NCBI GenBank assembly: GCA_030066755.1
Contig: JASJAX010000043.1
Location: forward strand, 1 to 59,402
DNA: 59,402 bases
Reading direction: 5' to 3'
Source: Acidimicrobiia bacterium
GTDB lineage: Bacteria; Actinomycetota; Acidimicrobiia; Spongiisociales; UBA5794
The translations under genes were made by a program, and so were the position numbers. The notes under the pieces are model-generated. The model worked only from the letters and a program-made list of their open reading frames with translations. It did no database searches and was not told where the DNA came from. Below, piece after piece: positions 37,927-48,457 of the stretch. Positions within the stretch are counted from its first letter, which is position 1. Each line of letters begins with the position of its first letter.

Positions 37927-38172
37927 GACGCTCCCGGCAATGGACGCCTGGTGACCTTCTGGGCCAACAGTGAGCAACTCGCCTACGACCACCCGCTAGC
38001 GGTCACGCTGTCTGACGGCTCCAGCTAGTCGTGCGCACGTGCGATCGTTCACACCTGAGCTTCCAGTTGTGAACCATGACGCCGCTGACCGGACTCGCAC
38101 CGTCGACCCGCACTGCGCCACGAATGGCAGAACGGCTACTCAGCGAGCCGGACGAGACACACGGTCGGGCCG

Positions 38173-40329
38173 CTAGCGAATCAGCGCTACACCGCCGTTC
38201 ACCTCGATCGGCTGCCGCACTCCCCAAGTGTCATGGACGATGCTGACGGTCTCCGAATTCAGCCAATCTTCTTGCTCCACCACGATGAACCGGCCATCGA
38301 AGTCGACGACCGATGCCCGAGCGGGGGCCATCACCTGAAACACCTCATCGCCCGTGGCGAGGTCGAGCACGACAACTCTGGCAAGGATCTCCTGGGTTTC
38401 CTCCCACCAGTCGTCGCGTTCCTCACATGTCAGGCGTCCGTGGTAATCGGAGGGGGAGTCGGCGCGATGACTGTAGGCCAGGAGATGGCCGTCCGGGGAC
38501 AGCGCTGCGCTCAGCTCACAGGGACCGCACGGCTCGGGGATCGGGTTGTGCGGGTGGTCAACGCGGGTCCCGTCGCTGTCCCAGAACGAGAGGACCGTAT
38601 CTGAGTAGCCGCACCCAACTGCAACACCGTCGACTCCGACGAACAGCCCTTCCCCGTGGGATCGTGGATAGCTCCAGCCGTCCCCGCCGAAGCCGATGTT
38701 GGGCACTCTCGCCTGAGAACCCGAGCGGATGTCAACCAGCAACATGTCGAGTTCCTCATCCGATGCGGAGCCGAACGTCACCGCAGTCGGTTCGTCATCG
38801 ATGGCCGCGACGAACTGGGGGTGGTAGCCCAGCGCCTCTCGCGACTTGTCAGCCCTCAGCCAGTACGTCGTCTCCGGGTCAAGCTGCCAGTGGAGCCGGT
38901 ACATGACCCCACCCATCAGGTCATCCGCGGCCCACACGACGGGCTGGACCTCGAGTTGCGTCTCGGTTCCCGCTGCGACGCGGTACAGCCCGTCGTCGCC
39001 GTAGCGGTAGTGGCTCGGTCCAGCGACGGATGCGTTCGCCACATACCTGGGGTAGCAATCGATGTCGAGCGCTTCGCAACGAGCGAGGGCGGCATCCTGG
39101 GTCGAGAAGTGGCCCGTGAACACCGCCCAGAAACCGGGATTCAGAGAGGAGTAGCCGTCCGACCACAGCACACCGGTCTCGGCGCCATGCTCAGCAGCGA
39201 GTTCGCCGGCCGCTCGTTGTGCTGCGTCGTAATCCATGGTGGTGTTGTCGAGCGAGGCGAGGAGCACGGTCCAGAATGGCGCAGGTGTGCTCTGCGCGGG
39301 CGGGGCACTGAACGTCTCCCCGCTCTCGATCGCGAACAGGTGGCGGCCCGTGGTAGTGGTCACGGTCACCATCCGGCCGTCGAACTCGGTCAGCGCAACG
39401 TCGGCACCAAGCTCGGTTCGGAACACCTCTGCGCCGGTCGCGACATCCATGACCACGATCGCCGTCGGGATGTGTTGCGCCTGTTCGTACCAATCCCGAA
39501 AGGCTCGGTCGTAGTCACCGTCGGGTGGTTCGGGCTGATTGGCGAAGGCGGTTGGCCAGAGCGAATACGCCAAGAGTGCGCCATCCGGAGACAGCTGTGC
39601 GTGCGCCCGGCACGGATGACACGACTCGGCAAACGGGTTGTGCTCGAGACCGACTTCCTCGCCGTTGAGGTCATAGAACTGCACGCCGCTGGTACCCGAT
39701 CCAACCATCCACCACGACTTCACCACCGAGAACAGGCCGCCTCCGAATGAGGTGAACCGGTCCTCGTTGTCCGGTCCGAGTGCGTGGCACATGAAGAACC
39801 GTTCGTCGCCGCTGGCCAGGTCGCGGATGGAGAGCTCCTCGGTCAAGTACCCATCCTCTTCGCAGCGGGTCATGTCGTCGAAGGTCCGCGACACCAGCAC
39901 GGTGGGTCTGCCGTCGATGAGGAAGACGGTCCCGCCGCCTGCGGCGATGTCCTTCGGATGATTGGCGCCGGCGGCGAGCCAGGCCCAGCCCGGCTCCGCA
40001 GCAACGGACTCGAACACGATGCCCCCCGCACCGTCCTCGGTTGCCCACAGCACCGGTTCGGAGACGACCTGCTCCGACATCTCGCCCTGAACCCGAGTCA
40101 CCCCTTCCCAGCCGTAGACCAAGTAGGCCGGAACTGGGGTTGAGTTTCCCGAGGCTGCCGGAGGTGGGTCGTTTGCAGCTTGGGTCTCGCTCGTGTTGGG
40201 AGCACCCGTACCGATGGAGGTCTCGGGTCCTCGCGGCGAGATCAACGTGGTCGAATCTCCGCCGGAGCTACAAGCGGCACCAATCACCGCCGCGACGACG
40301 AGCCAGACGAGCAACCGGAGCGTTCGCAT
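38173..40329 (-). CDS. Lipoprotein with a duplicated beta-rich CxxC domain around a SPOR-like domain
   Basis: Lipobox IGAA-C; two homologous modules of about 270 aa; central WTVLLAS...SSLNPGFWAVFTGHF. Confidence 0.8.
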   Translation of the reverse strand: MRTLRLLVWLVVAAVIGAACSSGGDSTTLISPRGPETSIGTGAPNTSETQAANDPPPAASGNSTPVPAYLVYGWEGVTRVQGEMSEQVVSEPVLWATEDGAGGIVFESVAAEPGWAWLAAGANHPKDIAAGGGTVFLIDGRPTVLVSRTFDDMTRCEEDGYLTEELSIRDLASGDERFFMCHALGPDNEDRFTSFGGGLFSVVKSWWMVGSGTSGVQFYDLNGEEVGLEHNPFAESCHPCRAHAQLSPDGALLAYSLWPTAFANQPEPPDGDYDRAFRDWYEQAQHIPTAIVVMDVATGAEVFRTELGADVALTEFDGRMVTVTTTTGRHLFAIESGETFSAPPAQSTPAPFWTVLLASLDNTTMDYDAAQRAAGELAAEHGAETGVLWSDGYSSLNPGFWAVFTGHFSTQDAALARCEALDIDCYPRYVANASVAGPSHYRYGDDGLYRVAAGTETQLEVQPVVWAADDLMGGVMYRLHWQLDPETTYWLRADKSREALGYHPQFVAAIDDEPTAVTFGSASDEELDMLLVDIRSGSQARVPNIGFGGDGWSYPRSHGEGLFVGVDGVAVGCGYSDTVLSFWDSDGTRVDHPHNPIPEPCGPCELSAALSPDGHLLAYSHRADSPSDYHGRLTCEERDDWWEETQEILARVVVLDLATGDEVFQVMAPARASVVDFDGRFIVVEQEDWLNSETVSIVHDTWGVRQPIEVNGGVALIR

Positions 40330-40770
40330 GCTCATCTCCTTGTCAACGGATCTCCGGTACCCGCTGGTTCCGCCGATTGGGCCTCACAAACCCTGCGAGC
40401 TCGCACTCGTCGCGCTGGTCGTCCGCACACCCGACGACTCACACGCTCGAAGTGCTGGCCGGTTCGGTGCATGTTCCGCCTCTGCTCCGCAGCATCCTTC
40501 TCGGTTCCATCATCACTCGGGCTTCGAGCGTTGCATATGGGAGATCAGCCTCATGTGGTCCCACTGCTTGTCCGCTTGAAGCGCTGGCGTTGATCGAGAG
40601 CTCCGGTGTCCGGGGGAGCACGCTGACCGATCGTTGACTACTCATTGTGTTTGTCACATGCGTAGGGTCGCAGCACGGGCGCGCACGATCTCTGCATCGC
40701 CTGGGGGAGCTGTTCCGGTGTTCCATGTTGTCACCGGACCAGGAATGGGAGAGACAGGGGAGGCGGAGAC

Positions 40771-42102
40771 GTGACTGGGGAGACGACACAGGCCGGGGAG
40801 AAGCTCGGCCCGTTGCGGCTGACGCTGGGCACAACGAAGCGGCACATCCTCGTCTACTACTTCGCTTCGGTCACGTCGTTGATCCTCTTCACGTTCGCAC
40901 CGCAAGCCCAGCCCTTTGTGCTCACCGAGCTCCTCGGTATCGCTGAGTCAGAGCAAGGTGTCCTCAGCGGCAACGTTGCGTTGTTCGCCGAGATCGTCAT
41001 CCTCGCCTCGATCGGCGTCTGGGGCGTGCTCTCCGATCGGCTGGGTCGACGGGTCGTCTTCGGAGCGGGATTCCTGTTGATGGGGCTCGGTCTCTACCTC
41101 ACCGCAACCGTCGACTCCGTCCTCACGCTCTACCTCTATCGGGGAGTCTTCGCCGTGGGTGCGGCGGCGGTCACCACGATGCTGGCCACAGTGATCGCTG
41201 ACTACGTCGTCGACGAGGATCGCGGCAAAGGAACGGGCATCGGTGGTGTCGGCAACGGCCTTGGCGCACTGATCACCGTGTTCGTCTTGCTCCGCCTTCC
41301 CGACATCTTCGAGGGCGGTGGCAGCTCCGCCATCGAGGCAGCTCGACGAACGTATCTGATCGCCGCTGCGGTCGGGCTCGTCACGGCGATCGTGCTCTGG
41401 GCCGGCCTCAAGGGCCGGACTCAGCTACAGAAGGAACAGAAGAAGCCCTGGCAGGTCCGGGTCCGCGAGGGGGTTTTCGCGGCGAGAGATCCGGGAGTGG
41501 CGTTGGCGTACGCCGCCGCATTCGTGTCCCGAGGCGACTTCGCCGTCGTCGGGACGTTCTTCACCCTGTGGGTGACGACGTACGGCACGACCGAAGCGGG
41601 ATTGTCGACGGCAGAGGCTCTCGCCGCCGGCGGTGCCGTCATCGGCATCTCGCAAGGCATCGTGCTGCTCTCAGCGCCGCTCTTCGGCGTGATGGCCGAC
41701 CGCCTCAATCGTGTCACCAACGTGCTGATTGCTCTAGCGATATCTGGGGTCGGCTACGGGTCGACCATCCTCGTGGATGACCCGCTCGGCGGGATGATCT
41801 ACCTGAGCGCCACCTTGATCGGTCTCGGCGAGATCAGTGGCCTCATCGCCAGCGGCGTGTTGATCGCACAGCAGGCACCCCGGGACATTCGCGGCAGCGT
41901 GATCGGGGTCTTCAGCTTCTGCGGAGCGGTCGGGGTGATGACGGCAACCGGTGTCGGCGGGCAGCTCTTCGACAACTGGCGTCCCCAAGGCCCCTTCGTC
42001 CTCTTCAGCCTCTTCTCGTTCGTTGTCCTCTTGTGGGGCTTGTCGATTCGGAGCAAGGTGGTGCCCCGCAACGAGGAGATCGACTTCCCGAGCGGGCACT
42101 GA
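40771..42102 (+). CDS. MFS transporter
   Basis: About 12 TMs; motif A GVLSDRLGRR and its repeat GVMADRLNR. Confidence 0.92.
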   Translation: MTGETTQAGEKLGPLRLTLGTTKRHILVYYFASVTSLILFTFAPQAQPFVLTELLGIAESEQGVLSGNVALFAEIVILASIGVWGVLSDRLGRRVVFGAGFLLMGLGLYLTATVDSVLTLYLYRGVFAVGAAAVTTMLATVIADYVVDEDRGKGTGIGGVGNGLGALITVFVLLRLPDIFEGGGSSAIEAARRTYLIAAAVGLVTAIVLWAGLKGRTQLQKEQKKPWQVRVREGVFAARDPGVALAYAAAFVSRGDFAVVGTFFTLWVTTYGTTEAGLSTAEALAAGGAVIGISQGIVLLSAPLFGVMADRLNRVTNVLIALAISGVGYGSTILVDDPLGGMIYLSATLIGLGEISGLIASGVLIAQQAPRDIRGSVIGVFSFCGAVGVMTATGVGGQLFDNWRPQGPFVLFSLFSFVVLLWGLSIRSKVVPRNEEIDFPSGH

Positions 42103-42203
42103 ATCCAAGGGCATCCGGCCTCAGTTGCGGTCCAACTGTGGCCGACTCGCGAGAAGGGAGCGTCTCATGGGGTCCGACGTAGTCGAGAAGACGGCGTCGG
42201 CAA

Positions 42204-44489
42204 TCAGCAAGTACCCATGTCCAGCGGATCGTCCTTCTCAGCCGCGGATCGTTCTTGCCAGACAGCAACGAGGCGACCGAGCGTCTCGTGGTCGGGAGCG
42301 CCGCCACCGAACGCAGCGATGGTCGCCATCGGCATGGTCCCCGCGACGCGCACGAGGTCGGGGTCCTGGAGCGTCTCAGGTGGCGCATCAGCCGCTTCGA
42401 TGAGGAGCTCCCGACCGATTGGGTCCGCGATCCACTCGGCGAGCGTCGAGTCTGCGGTGAGTGGCAGCCGCAGCGACGGGGCGGTGACGAAGACGGTGGT
42501 GGCGAGCGGTAGGTCCCGTGAGTGGTGGCCGACCTCGATGACGAACTCGCCCTCCTCGACTACCCACTGGTTGTGGACTTCCGACCAGAAGGAGAAGGCC
42601 CGCTGGTCGAGATCGATCTGGATCCTGCGGCTCTCGCCCGGCTGCAACTCGACCCGCGTGAACCCCTTGAGCTCACGAACCGGCCGGTGCACGCTCGACT
42701 CCGGATCCCGCACGTACACCTGCACGACGTGGGCACCCGCAACCCCGCCGGTGTTGGCGACGGATACGGACACCGCCGCAGCGAGGCTCCCATCGCCGAC
42801 GCGGCCCGTGAGTTCGATGACGAGATCGTCGACTTCGAAGGTGGTGTAAGACAGTCCAAACCCGAAGGGGAAGGTGACATCCTGGTTGCACTTGTCGTAG
42901 CCGCGGTAGCCGACGTAAAGGCCCTCGCCGTAACGAACGACGTGTGAGTCGCCGGGGAAGTTCAGATACGACGAGTTGTCTTCGAGGCGGTGAGGGAAGG
43001 TCTCGGCCAACCGACCCGACGGATTGACCTGACCGGTGAGCACGTCGGCGATCCCGCCGGCGGCCGCTTGCCCGCCGAGCCAGGCCTCGACCAGTGCAGC
43101 GGAGTGCTCCAGGACCGGATCCAATTCGACAGTGGCGCCATTCACCAGCACGACGACGAGGTTGGGATTCACGTCGGCAATAGCCGCAAGGGCGGCGAGT
43201 TGGTTGGCCGGCAGACGCATGTGAGACCGGTCGAGACCCTCGGTCTCATACGACCCGGGCAGGCCGATCACCATCACCACCGTGTCGGCTGCCTGTGCCG
43301 TCGCGACGGCCTCGTTCAACAAGGCGTCGTCGTCCGATTCCTCGTCGATGTCGAATCCGGCTGCGAACTGCACGTCGCCGTGCAGCGCTGTGAGCTCGTC
43401 GATCAGGTTCTCGATCCGGATCGGGTTGACCTCAGAGGACCCGGCGCCCTGGTACCGGGGCGTCCGGGCGAACTCACCGATCAGAGCTACCGAAGTCTCG
43501 GGCCGCAGGGGGAGGAGTCGGTTGGTGTTCTGCAGCAACACCACGGACTCTGCGGCTGCACGGCGCGCCAGTGCATGGTGCCCTGCCACGTCGAAGTCTT
43601 CGTCGATGTCGAGTGTCGGCGTACCTTTGCGGACGAGTTCGAGGACGTTACGAACCCGCTGATCGAGCAGCCCTTTGGGTACCTGACCGGCTCGCACCGC
43701 CGCCGCGACCTCTCGAGGAGACCGCCCCAGCTTCGGCGGCATCTCCAGATCGAGACCGGCTTCGAGAGCCGGCACCCGGTGGTACACCGCACCCCAGTCC
43801 GACACGACGAGCCCGTCGAAACCCCACTCGTCACGCAGCACGGAGGTCAAGAGCCATGGGTTCTCCGACGCCGACAGCCCGTTGACCTTGTTGTAGGCGC
43901 ACATGACCGTCCACGGCGCCGCGGTGGTGACCACACGCTCGAACGCAGCCAGGTAGATCTCTCGAAGCGTGCGCTCGTCCACCTGGGCGTCAACGCGGAG
44001 TCGATCGTGCTCCTGGTTGTTGGCCGCAAAGTGCTTGATGGACGTTCCGACACCGCGGGACTGAATGCCGTCGACCATGGCGACCGCGAGTTCGCCGGTC
44101 AGATAGGGATCCTCGGAGAAGTACTCGAAGTTCCGTCCACAGAGCGGCGAACGTTTCAGGTTGATCCCGGGTCCGAGGATCACCGACAGGCGGCTCGCCC
44201 GTGCCTCCTGCGCCAGCGCTTCGCCGATAGAACGGATGAGCGCGGGGTTCCACGTACTGGCGATCGCCGAAGCAGTTGGGAAGCATGTTGCCGGCAGGCT
44301 GCCGCCGATGCCGGCGTGGTCGCCCCTCCCGGGTTGGACTCGCAGTCCGTGGGGCCCATCGGCGACCATGATTGCGGGCACACCAAGTCGTTCCACGGGG
44401 TACGTCCACCAGAAGTCGGAACCGCTCGTGAGCGCCGCCTTCTCGTCGAGAGTCAACTCGGCGTGTACCTGATCGACATCGAACGACAC
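42204..44489 (-). CDS. GH3 beta-glucosidase with Fn3-like C-terminal domain
   Basis: DGPHGLR, GRNFEYFSEDP, IKHFAANNQE, nucleophile motif VVSDWG, FPFGFGLSYT. AAGGAG RBS before GTG. Confidence 0.95.
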   Translation of the reverse strand: MSFDVDQVHAELTLDEKAALTSGSDFWWTYPVERLGVPAIMVADGPHGLRVQPGRGDHAGIGGSLPATCFPTASAIASTWNPALIRSIGEALAQEARASRLSVILGPGINLKRSPLCGRNFEYFSEDPYLTGELAVAMVDGIQSRGVGTSIKHFAANNQEHDRLRVDAQVDERTLREIYLAAFERVVTTAAPWTVMCAYNKVNGLSASENPWLLTSVLRDEWGFDGLVVSDWGAVYHRVPALEAGLDLEMPPKLGRSPREVAAAVRAGQVPKGLLDQRVRNVLELVRKGTPTLDIDEDFDVAGHHALARRAAAESVVLLQNTNRLLPLRPETSVALIGEFARTPRYQGAGSSEVNPIRIENLIDELTALHGDVQFAAGFDIDEESDDDALLNEAVATAQAADTVVMVIGLPGSYETEGLDRSHMRLPANQLAALAAIADVNPNLVVVLVNGATVELDPVLEHSAALVEAWLGGQAAAGGIADVLTGQVNPSGRLAETFPHRLEDNSSYLNFPGDSHVVRYGEGLYVGYRGYDKCNQDVTFPFGFGLSYTTFEVDDLVIELTGRVGDGSLAAAVSVSVANTGGVAGAHVVQVYVRDPESSVHRPVRELKGFTRVELQPGESRRIQIDLDQRAFSFWSEVHNQWVVEEGEFVIEVGHHSRDLPLATTVFVTAPSLRLPLTADSTLAEWIADPIGRELLIEAADAPPETLQDPDLVRVAGTMPMATIAAFGGGAPDHETLGRLVAVWQERSAAEKDDPLDMGTC

Positions 44490-44647
44490 GGCTGCTCCTT
44501 CTCCATCGCACGTCGCCCCCCGCCAACTCGAAGGGACCGAGACCGGTCCTACTCGTGTCGAACGAGGGCGTCGGCCCATGCTACGACGGCTGCTCGCCCC
44601 CGCCGGGCGGACGTCGGCTGGAGAGATGAGTCCCGGCCCGGCGACGG

Positions 44648-45181
44648 CTACTCAGCCTGGTGGCGTACTTGGATGCGCGTCCGCATCTCATACATGTGGG
44701 TTGCGACGGGACCTTCGACTCGAACGGTCACGACGGCTCGGTCGCAGCGGCCGCGTTCCATCCGGTTGTAGGCCATGACTCGATACGGCAGCGGCTCGTC
44801 CTCCAGGAACTCGACGAAGACTTCTCTGAATCCGGTCCGGAGGGTCGTGCACGACACCGCCACTGTGCCGTTGACCCGGATGTCGAGGAAGTCGTTGTGG
44901 AGCAGGTCGACAACGAGCCGAATGCGACGCGGATCGTCGACCATGCTGCTCGTGAGTTCCGTGACGGCGACGGCGGACTCCTGGAGCGGATAGCCGTTGC
45001 TCGGCGTCACGGACGAAACGGCACCGTCGTCCGGGCCCGACTCCACGTTGACGCCTCCCCAGGTCTTGGCGACGGCGATGGTGTCCCACTTCGTCATGAG
45101 GGCCGAACTCGGTGCCACGAGTCCCATCACCAAGCAGACGACCACCCCGAGGAACACCAGGTGGCGTGTCGATCTACGCAT
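44648..45181 (-). CDS. Secreted hypothetical protein
   Basis: GGAGG RBS; Sec signal ending APSSA; two Cys in the mature part. Confidence 0.65.
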   Translation of the reverse strand: MRRSTRHLVFLGVVVCLVMGLVAPSSALMTKWDTIAVAKTWGGVNVESGPDDGAVSSVTPSNGYPLQESAVAVTELTSSMVDDPRRIRLVVDLLHNDFLDIRVNGTVAVSCTTLRTGFREVFVEFLEDEPLPYRVMAYNRMERGRCDRAVVTVRVEGPVATHMYEMRTRIQVRHQAE

Positions 45182-45334
45182 ACGGACCTCCCGCTCGCTC
45201 CACACTCCAACGTATGACGGTCGGTCGAGCAGGTCCAGAGGACTGACGGCACCGTGTGTCAACATCCGTTCGTGCCGGACCCTGGGAGCCGCAGGTGTGG
45301 AGCGATACGCTGGAGGAGCATGGTGGAGGGTGCG

Positions 45335-46021
45335 ATGCGTCGACTGATCCTGCTCCTGCTGGTTCTGCTTGTCACCGCCTGCGGGGCGACGGGGACCGAA
45401 TCGTCGACGGTGAGAGCCGTGCAGTCACGCCCCGAGATCAACCTCCCGGCACCGGATGAGATTGGAAGCCGAAGTCTCGAAGAGGTCATCGGCGCACGTC
45501 GGTCGATCCGTGAGTACGCAGACCGTCCCCTCGATCCAACCGCGCTGTCGCAGCTGTTGTGGGCGACCCAAGGTGAGACCTCGGCTTCGGGGAAGCGTGC
45601 GGCGCCATCGGCCGGGGCGCTCTACCCCCTCGAGGTGTATGTCGTCGATCGGACCGGTGTGTACCACTACGTCCCAGAGGGGCACCGGCTCAAACGTATG
45701 GTCGAAGGTGACCTGCGGTCGGAACTCTCAGCTGCGGCGTTGGATCAGGTGGCCGTCGCCGAGGCCGCCGCGGTGTTCGTGATCACGGCCGTCGAGGCAC
45801 GTACCGCCGCCAAGTACGGAGATCGTGCGGGACGCTACATGACGCTGGAAGCCGGCCACGCCGCCCAGAACCTCCTCCTCCAGGCCGTCGCCCTCGATCT
45901 CGGTGCAGTCCCCGTCGGCGCGTTCGACGATGCCGACGTGCAGCGTGTTCTGTCGCTGCCGGCCGATCACGAGCCGTTGTATCTCATACCCGTTGGGCAC
46001 CCGCAGCGAGAGGACGGATGA
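45335..46021 (+). CDS. SagB/ThcOx-family (nitroreductase-fold) protein with a lipoprotein signal
   Basis: RRSIREY, LSQLLWATQG, RAAPSAGALYPLEVY, EAGHAAQN; N-terminus MRRLILLLLVLLVTAC. Confidence 0.9.
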   Translation: MRRLILLLLVLLVTACGATGTESSTVRAVQSRPEINLPAPDEIGSRSLEEVIGARRSIREYADRPLDPTALSQLLWATQGETSASGKRAAPSAGALYPLEVYVVDRTGVYHYVPEGHRLKRMVEGDLRSELSAAALDQVAVAEAAAVFVITAVEARTAAKYGDRAGRYMTLEAGHAAQNLLLQAVALDLGAVPVGAFDDADVQRVLSLPADHEPLYLIPVGHPQREDG

Positions 46022-46096
46022 CGAACGACGCGAGGCGACGCCCGATGCTCGGGGAGCCTGGTCGAGGCCGTCAGGTTGGAGCTCGGCGGGTGACTG

Positions 46097-46792
46097 CTAC
46101 GCCGCTCGTTCGTCGAATGGGTGAGCGACGACCTCACCTTCGTCGATCGAATGCCAGTCGTGTGTGAGGGCGGTCACGAGGCCGGCTGCGAACGCGACTT
46201 CACCGACACTCTGGAGCAACAGGATCGGCCCGGGAACCGCAGCCGTGACGAACATGATCGATGCGCCGGCGGCCAGCCACGGCCAGTCGTGGTCGCGCCA
46301 GAGCCGGATGCCGATGACCAGAACCACCACGATCGTCACGACCGATGCGATCGGGGGCCCCGAGACTGGCTCGAACGAGTTGACGTACCGGGTGATTCCC
46401 TGTTCGGTCGCCGGTTCGAGGTCGAGGCCAACGACGTCGATCCACGCTCCGAGCGCCGCCATTGCAGCCGTCAGCGATGTGATCACGCCGCGCCAGGCCC
46501 GGGATGTCCCGGTAGGGTGACCAGCCATTGCGAGTGCCGCGAACGCAGCCCACATTGTCGTGGGCGTGAGGAGGCCGTGCACCCAATACCGGGGAGCGTT
46601 CAACGCCTCGAGGAGCGGGCCCGCATCGACGACGGCACCAAGGGCCAGCACGACATTGTCGTAGGCGAGGCCGAACACCACGGCGACGACAAGCACGATG
46701 GCGAGACCCGGCTTGCGTCTGGCTCGCACGGTGCCGTACACACCGAGCGAGAGCTGAACGATCGCAATGATGGCGTGAGCGATGCCGGTCAT
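46097..46792 (-). CDS. Multi-pass membrane protein
   Basis: AAGGAGG RBS; about seven TMs; GLAYDN, RYWVHGLLTP. Confidence 0.75.
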   Translation of the reverse strand: MTGIAHAIIAIVQLSLGVYGTVRARRKPGLAIVLVVAVVFGLAYDNVVLALGAVVDAGPLLEALNAPRYWVHGLLTPTTMWAAFAALAMAGHPTGTSRAWRGVITSLTAAMAALGAWIDVVGLDLEPATEQGITRYVNSFEPVSGPPIASVVTIVVVLVIGIRLWRDHDWPWLAAGASIMFVTAAVPGPILLLQSVGEVAFAAGLVTALTHDWHSIDEGEVVAHPFDERAA

Positions 46793-46865
46793 GGCCGTTG
46801 CCTCCTTCGTCGGAAGCGTACCGCTCCTCCGAACCTCAGCTACGGCGCACGGGCGCGCCCGGGTG

Positions 46866-47435
46866 TCACCTCGCAGCCGCCAACTCGATGCTGGTGGCGA
46901 ACTGCTCAACGAGCCACGTGAAGGAGGCTTCGACGTCGACATCGAGGCCGAATCCGCCGAGATTCTCGAGTGAAACAAATCCGTGGAGGGCGGATCGCAG
47001 CCCCCGCGCCGCATGGATCGCCGCTTCGCCTTCGAGGTCGTAGCTGCGGAGAATGGCGAGAACCGGCTCAACAGGCCGCATCGACGCTGCTGCATACTCG
47101 GCGTCGTCCGGTCGGGCCCGCGCCGAGAGCTCATACAGGCCGGGGTGCGCGTTTGCGTACGTGCGGAACTCGGCGGCGATCGCATGCAGGGCCTCTCGGC
47201 CCGCCCGACCCATGGCGGCCTCCCCGAGTCTGTGGCCGAGATCGGCAATCGCTCTGAGAGCGACTTCCCGGCGGAGGGCATCGAGGCCGTCCACGTGGTT
47301 GTACAGCGATGGAGGCTTGATCCTGAGTGCCCGAGCGACCCGGCTGAGCGTCAGCTCTCCGACCCCCTCCGCATCGACGACTGCGACGGCCGCGTCGACA
47401 ACCGCGTCCTTCGTGAGGCGCCTGCGGGTGATCAC
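46866..47435 (-). CDS. TetR-family regulator (WHG-type C-domain)
   Basis: HTH VARALRIKPPSLYNHV; SALHGFVSLE. GTGA overlap with the hydrolase gene. Confidence 0.92.
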   Translation of the reverse strand: MITRRRLTKDAVVDAAVAVVDAEGVGELTLSRVARALRIKPPSLYNHVDGLDALRREVALRAIADLGHRLGEAAMGRAGREALHAIAAEFRTYANAHPGLYELSARARPDDAEYAAASMRPVEPVLAILRSYDLEGEAAIHAARGLRSALHGFVSLENLGGFGLDVDVEASFTWLVEQFATSIELAAAR

Positions 47436-48232
47436 AGCGCGGTTTCGCTGAGGAAGCCGGAAATGGCTGCACCGACTTGATCGGGAAACTCGACGTGGGG
47501 GTAGTGGCCGGCTCCGGGAACGATGACCACGTGGCCGCCGGTCCTCGCTCCGATCGACGAGCCCTCCGCAGCCGGATCCTTGAAGTGGGAATCGGCCCCG
47601 CCCATGACAACGAGCGTTGGGAGGTCGACGCGAACAATCCGTTCCGCCAAACCGTCGCGATCGGCCGTGAGCGTCTCTCGAACAGCTCGCCTGCGAGCGG
47701 GGTTTGCCATCATTGCTGCCAGCGTGGCGGCGTGGTCGTCGAGATCGGACGGCGGTGACGAGGGATGCCACTTGCGGAACTGGCCGGCCCACAGCTTGCC
47801 GGCGAGTGGTCCGCGCAGCATCAGCCCGAGGGGGAGGCGCTGCCAGGCTGGAGCGGCCTCGAGGTGGGCACTGATGAGGACGACACTGCCGAACAGATCC
47901 CGCCGGTCGGCCGCCGCCCAGAGTGATGCGGCCGGTGCAAACGAGGTCGCAACGATCGTCGCCGGTCCGGAGTCCAGGTGATCCAGCAACGCAATGAGAT
48001 CTGCCGCCGTCTCGGCCATCCCGTAGCTCTGCCAGTCCGGAGAGGAGTCTCCGTGTCCTCGCAGGTCGGTGGTCACAACTCGGGTACCGGCCGCGACGAG
48101 CTCGTCAGCCAGGAATCGATACTCGCTTCGGATGTCACCGGCGCCCGGGAGCATCACCACGAGGCGGCCCGAGCCCCCGGTGTCGTCGAATGCGATCGTG
48201 CCGCCCGCCACATCGAGATGGTGTGTCTCCAT
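47432..48232 (-). CDS. Alpha/beta hydrolase
   Basis: DLRGHGDS, nucleophile elbow ATSFA, GAGHYPHVE. Confidence 0.9.
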   Translation of the reverse strand: METHHLDVAGGTIAFDDTGGSGRLVVMLPGAGDIRSEYRFLADELVAAGTRVVTTDLRGHGDSSPDWQSYGMAETAADLIALLDHLDSGPATIVATSFAPAASLWAAADRRDLFGSVVLISAHLEAAPAWQRLPLGLMLRGPLAGKLWAGQFRKWHPSSPPSDLDDHAATLAAMMANPARRRAVRETLTADRDGLAERIVRVDLPTLVVMGGADSHFKDPAAEGSSIGARTGGHVVIVPGAGHYPHVEFPDQVGAAISGFLSETAL

Positions 48233-48244
48233 GGTGTGTCCTAA

Positions 48245-48278
48245 CTAATGCCAGTAGCTTACGAGCTAATGATCGTAG
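48245..48278. promoter_or_regulatory. Tandem operator, probably for the TetR at 46866
   Basis: CTAATGccaGTAG (48245) and CTAATGatcGTAG (48266), 21 bp apart, just upstream of the operon. Confidence 0.55.
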
Positions 48279-48457
48279 TCCCTAGACAACGTCGCCGCCA
48301 TTGGCGACAGCGCGCAGGGGCTGTGCGGGTCGCTTGCGCATGTTGGGATCCTTGCCACGCGTCGCCGCACGTCCGGCCAACAACCGAGTGACGACGCAGT
48401 GCGCGCATCGAACCGGTCGGATGAGGTGACGGGCGGTCACCTCCGGGTGGAGAGCGG

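Noticed and set aside
40336-40770. 435-bp gap before the MFS gene as a riboswitch or small gene
   Set aside because: No riboswitch consensus that I recognise, and the ORFs there lack an RBS or protein-like composition.
42990-44771. Long antisense ORFs (593 aa here; also 55584-57146, 50838-52307, 25842-27029)
   Set aside because: They mirror well-supported genes on the opposite strand and have the composition typical of GC-rich shadow frames.
45335-46021. Thiazole/oxazole RiPP gene cluster
   Set aside because: No YcaO, E1-like protein or Cys/Ser/Thr-rich precursor nearby.
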